7,745 bases of DNA, taken from contig NW_021828895.1 of the NCBI RefSeq assembly GCF_006345805.1, positions 1 through 7,745 of the forward strand, written 5' to 3'. The first letter of the stretch is position 1; the number at the start of each line of letters is the position of its first letter. This DNA comes from Octopus sinensis (lineage: Eukaryota). The notes below the pieces were generated by a model. The model was given only the letters and a program-made list of their open reading frames with translations, was not told the DNA's origin and did not search any database. Position numbers and translations under genes: made by a program. Positions 7,181 to 7,745 of this stretch are shown here, piece by piece.

Positions 7181-7588
7181 AATCACATAAAATGCCGTCA
7201 ATCGAACAAGTCAAATGCTTTTACATTTGGGAACCGAGAAAATAAGATCTAGATTCATGACGTCATACGTACGCTGACTTGTTTTATACTAGTCCAAAGT
7301 ACATGACACTCAGACCTACGTTAGACATATTTTAATTATCCGTCTATGAAATGTCGCCTCATAAGTCTTAGTCGACTGGACGTAATTGTAAGAATCATTT
7401 GCACAGAAATCAACAAGAAAGCAAATATTTGAGGAGTGATCATCAGAACTGCGTACTAATATCTGTGCCTTTATTCTGCTTATGAACCAATGAATAAAAG
7501 AAGAAAGGAAATTTTAGGCCGTAAAGAAGAAAAAAAAATTGGGACGTTTTCGGCATTGCCCCTTCACCAAAAAACGACATGAAATATT

Positions 7589-7745
7589 CTCTTTTACTCT
7601 TTTATTACTCTTTTTACTCTTTTACTTGGTTCAGTCATTTGACTGTTGCCATGCTGGAGCACCGTCTTTAGACGAGCAACTCATCCCCAGGACTTATTCT
7701 TTGTAAGCCTAGTACTTATTCTATCAGTCTCTTTTGCCGAACCGC
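7589..7745 (-). mobile_element. SINE family A, copy 4, 3' end (runs off window)
   Basis: ctcttttactcttttatt...tcagtcatttgactg..gccatgctggagcaccg..ttattctttgtaagcctagtacttattctatc, matching the reverse complement of copy 1's 3' part. Confidence 0.9.

Noticed and set aside
7493-7498. AATAAA polyadenylation signal
   Set aside because: The hexamer is common by chance in AT-rich DNA and has no supporting transcript context.

Overview
AT-rich eukaryotic (animal) non-coding DNA made almost entirely of simple repeats and short interspersed elements. The SINE families look like those I associate with octopus genomes; this is recognition from memory and was not searched. From left to right: (CAT)n/(AAT)n/(ACC)n microsatellite fields (1-1910) around a short unique island that may be a terminal coding exon (752-808); a non-autonomous Helitron-like element (1934-2330); two head-to-tail tRNA-headed CORE-like SINEs with internal microsatellites (2639-3594); the 3' part of an RTE-tailed element ending in a fold-back (3786-4202); a second tRNA-SINE family with a 12-bp TSD (4516-4851); and further CORE-like SINE copies (4941-5323, degenerate ~5490-5695, 7589-7745). 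The most striking feature is a 7 x ~184-bp head-to-tail array of a third SINE (5844-7180, minus strand). It has a single complete tRNA-like head, one 13-bp TSD around the whole array, mosaic unit variants, and an internal 9-mer complementary to the unit junction. None of the supplied ORFs looks like a real gene.
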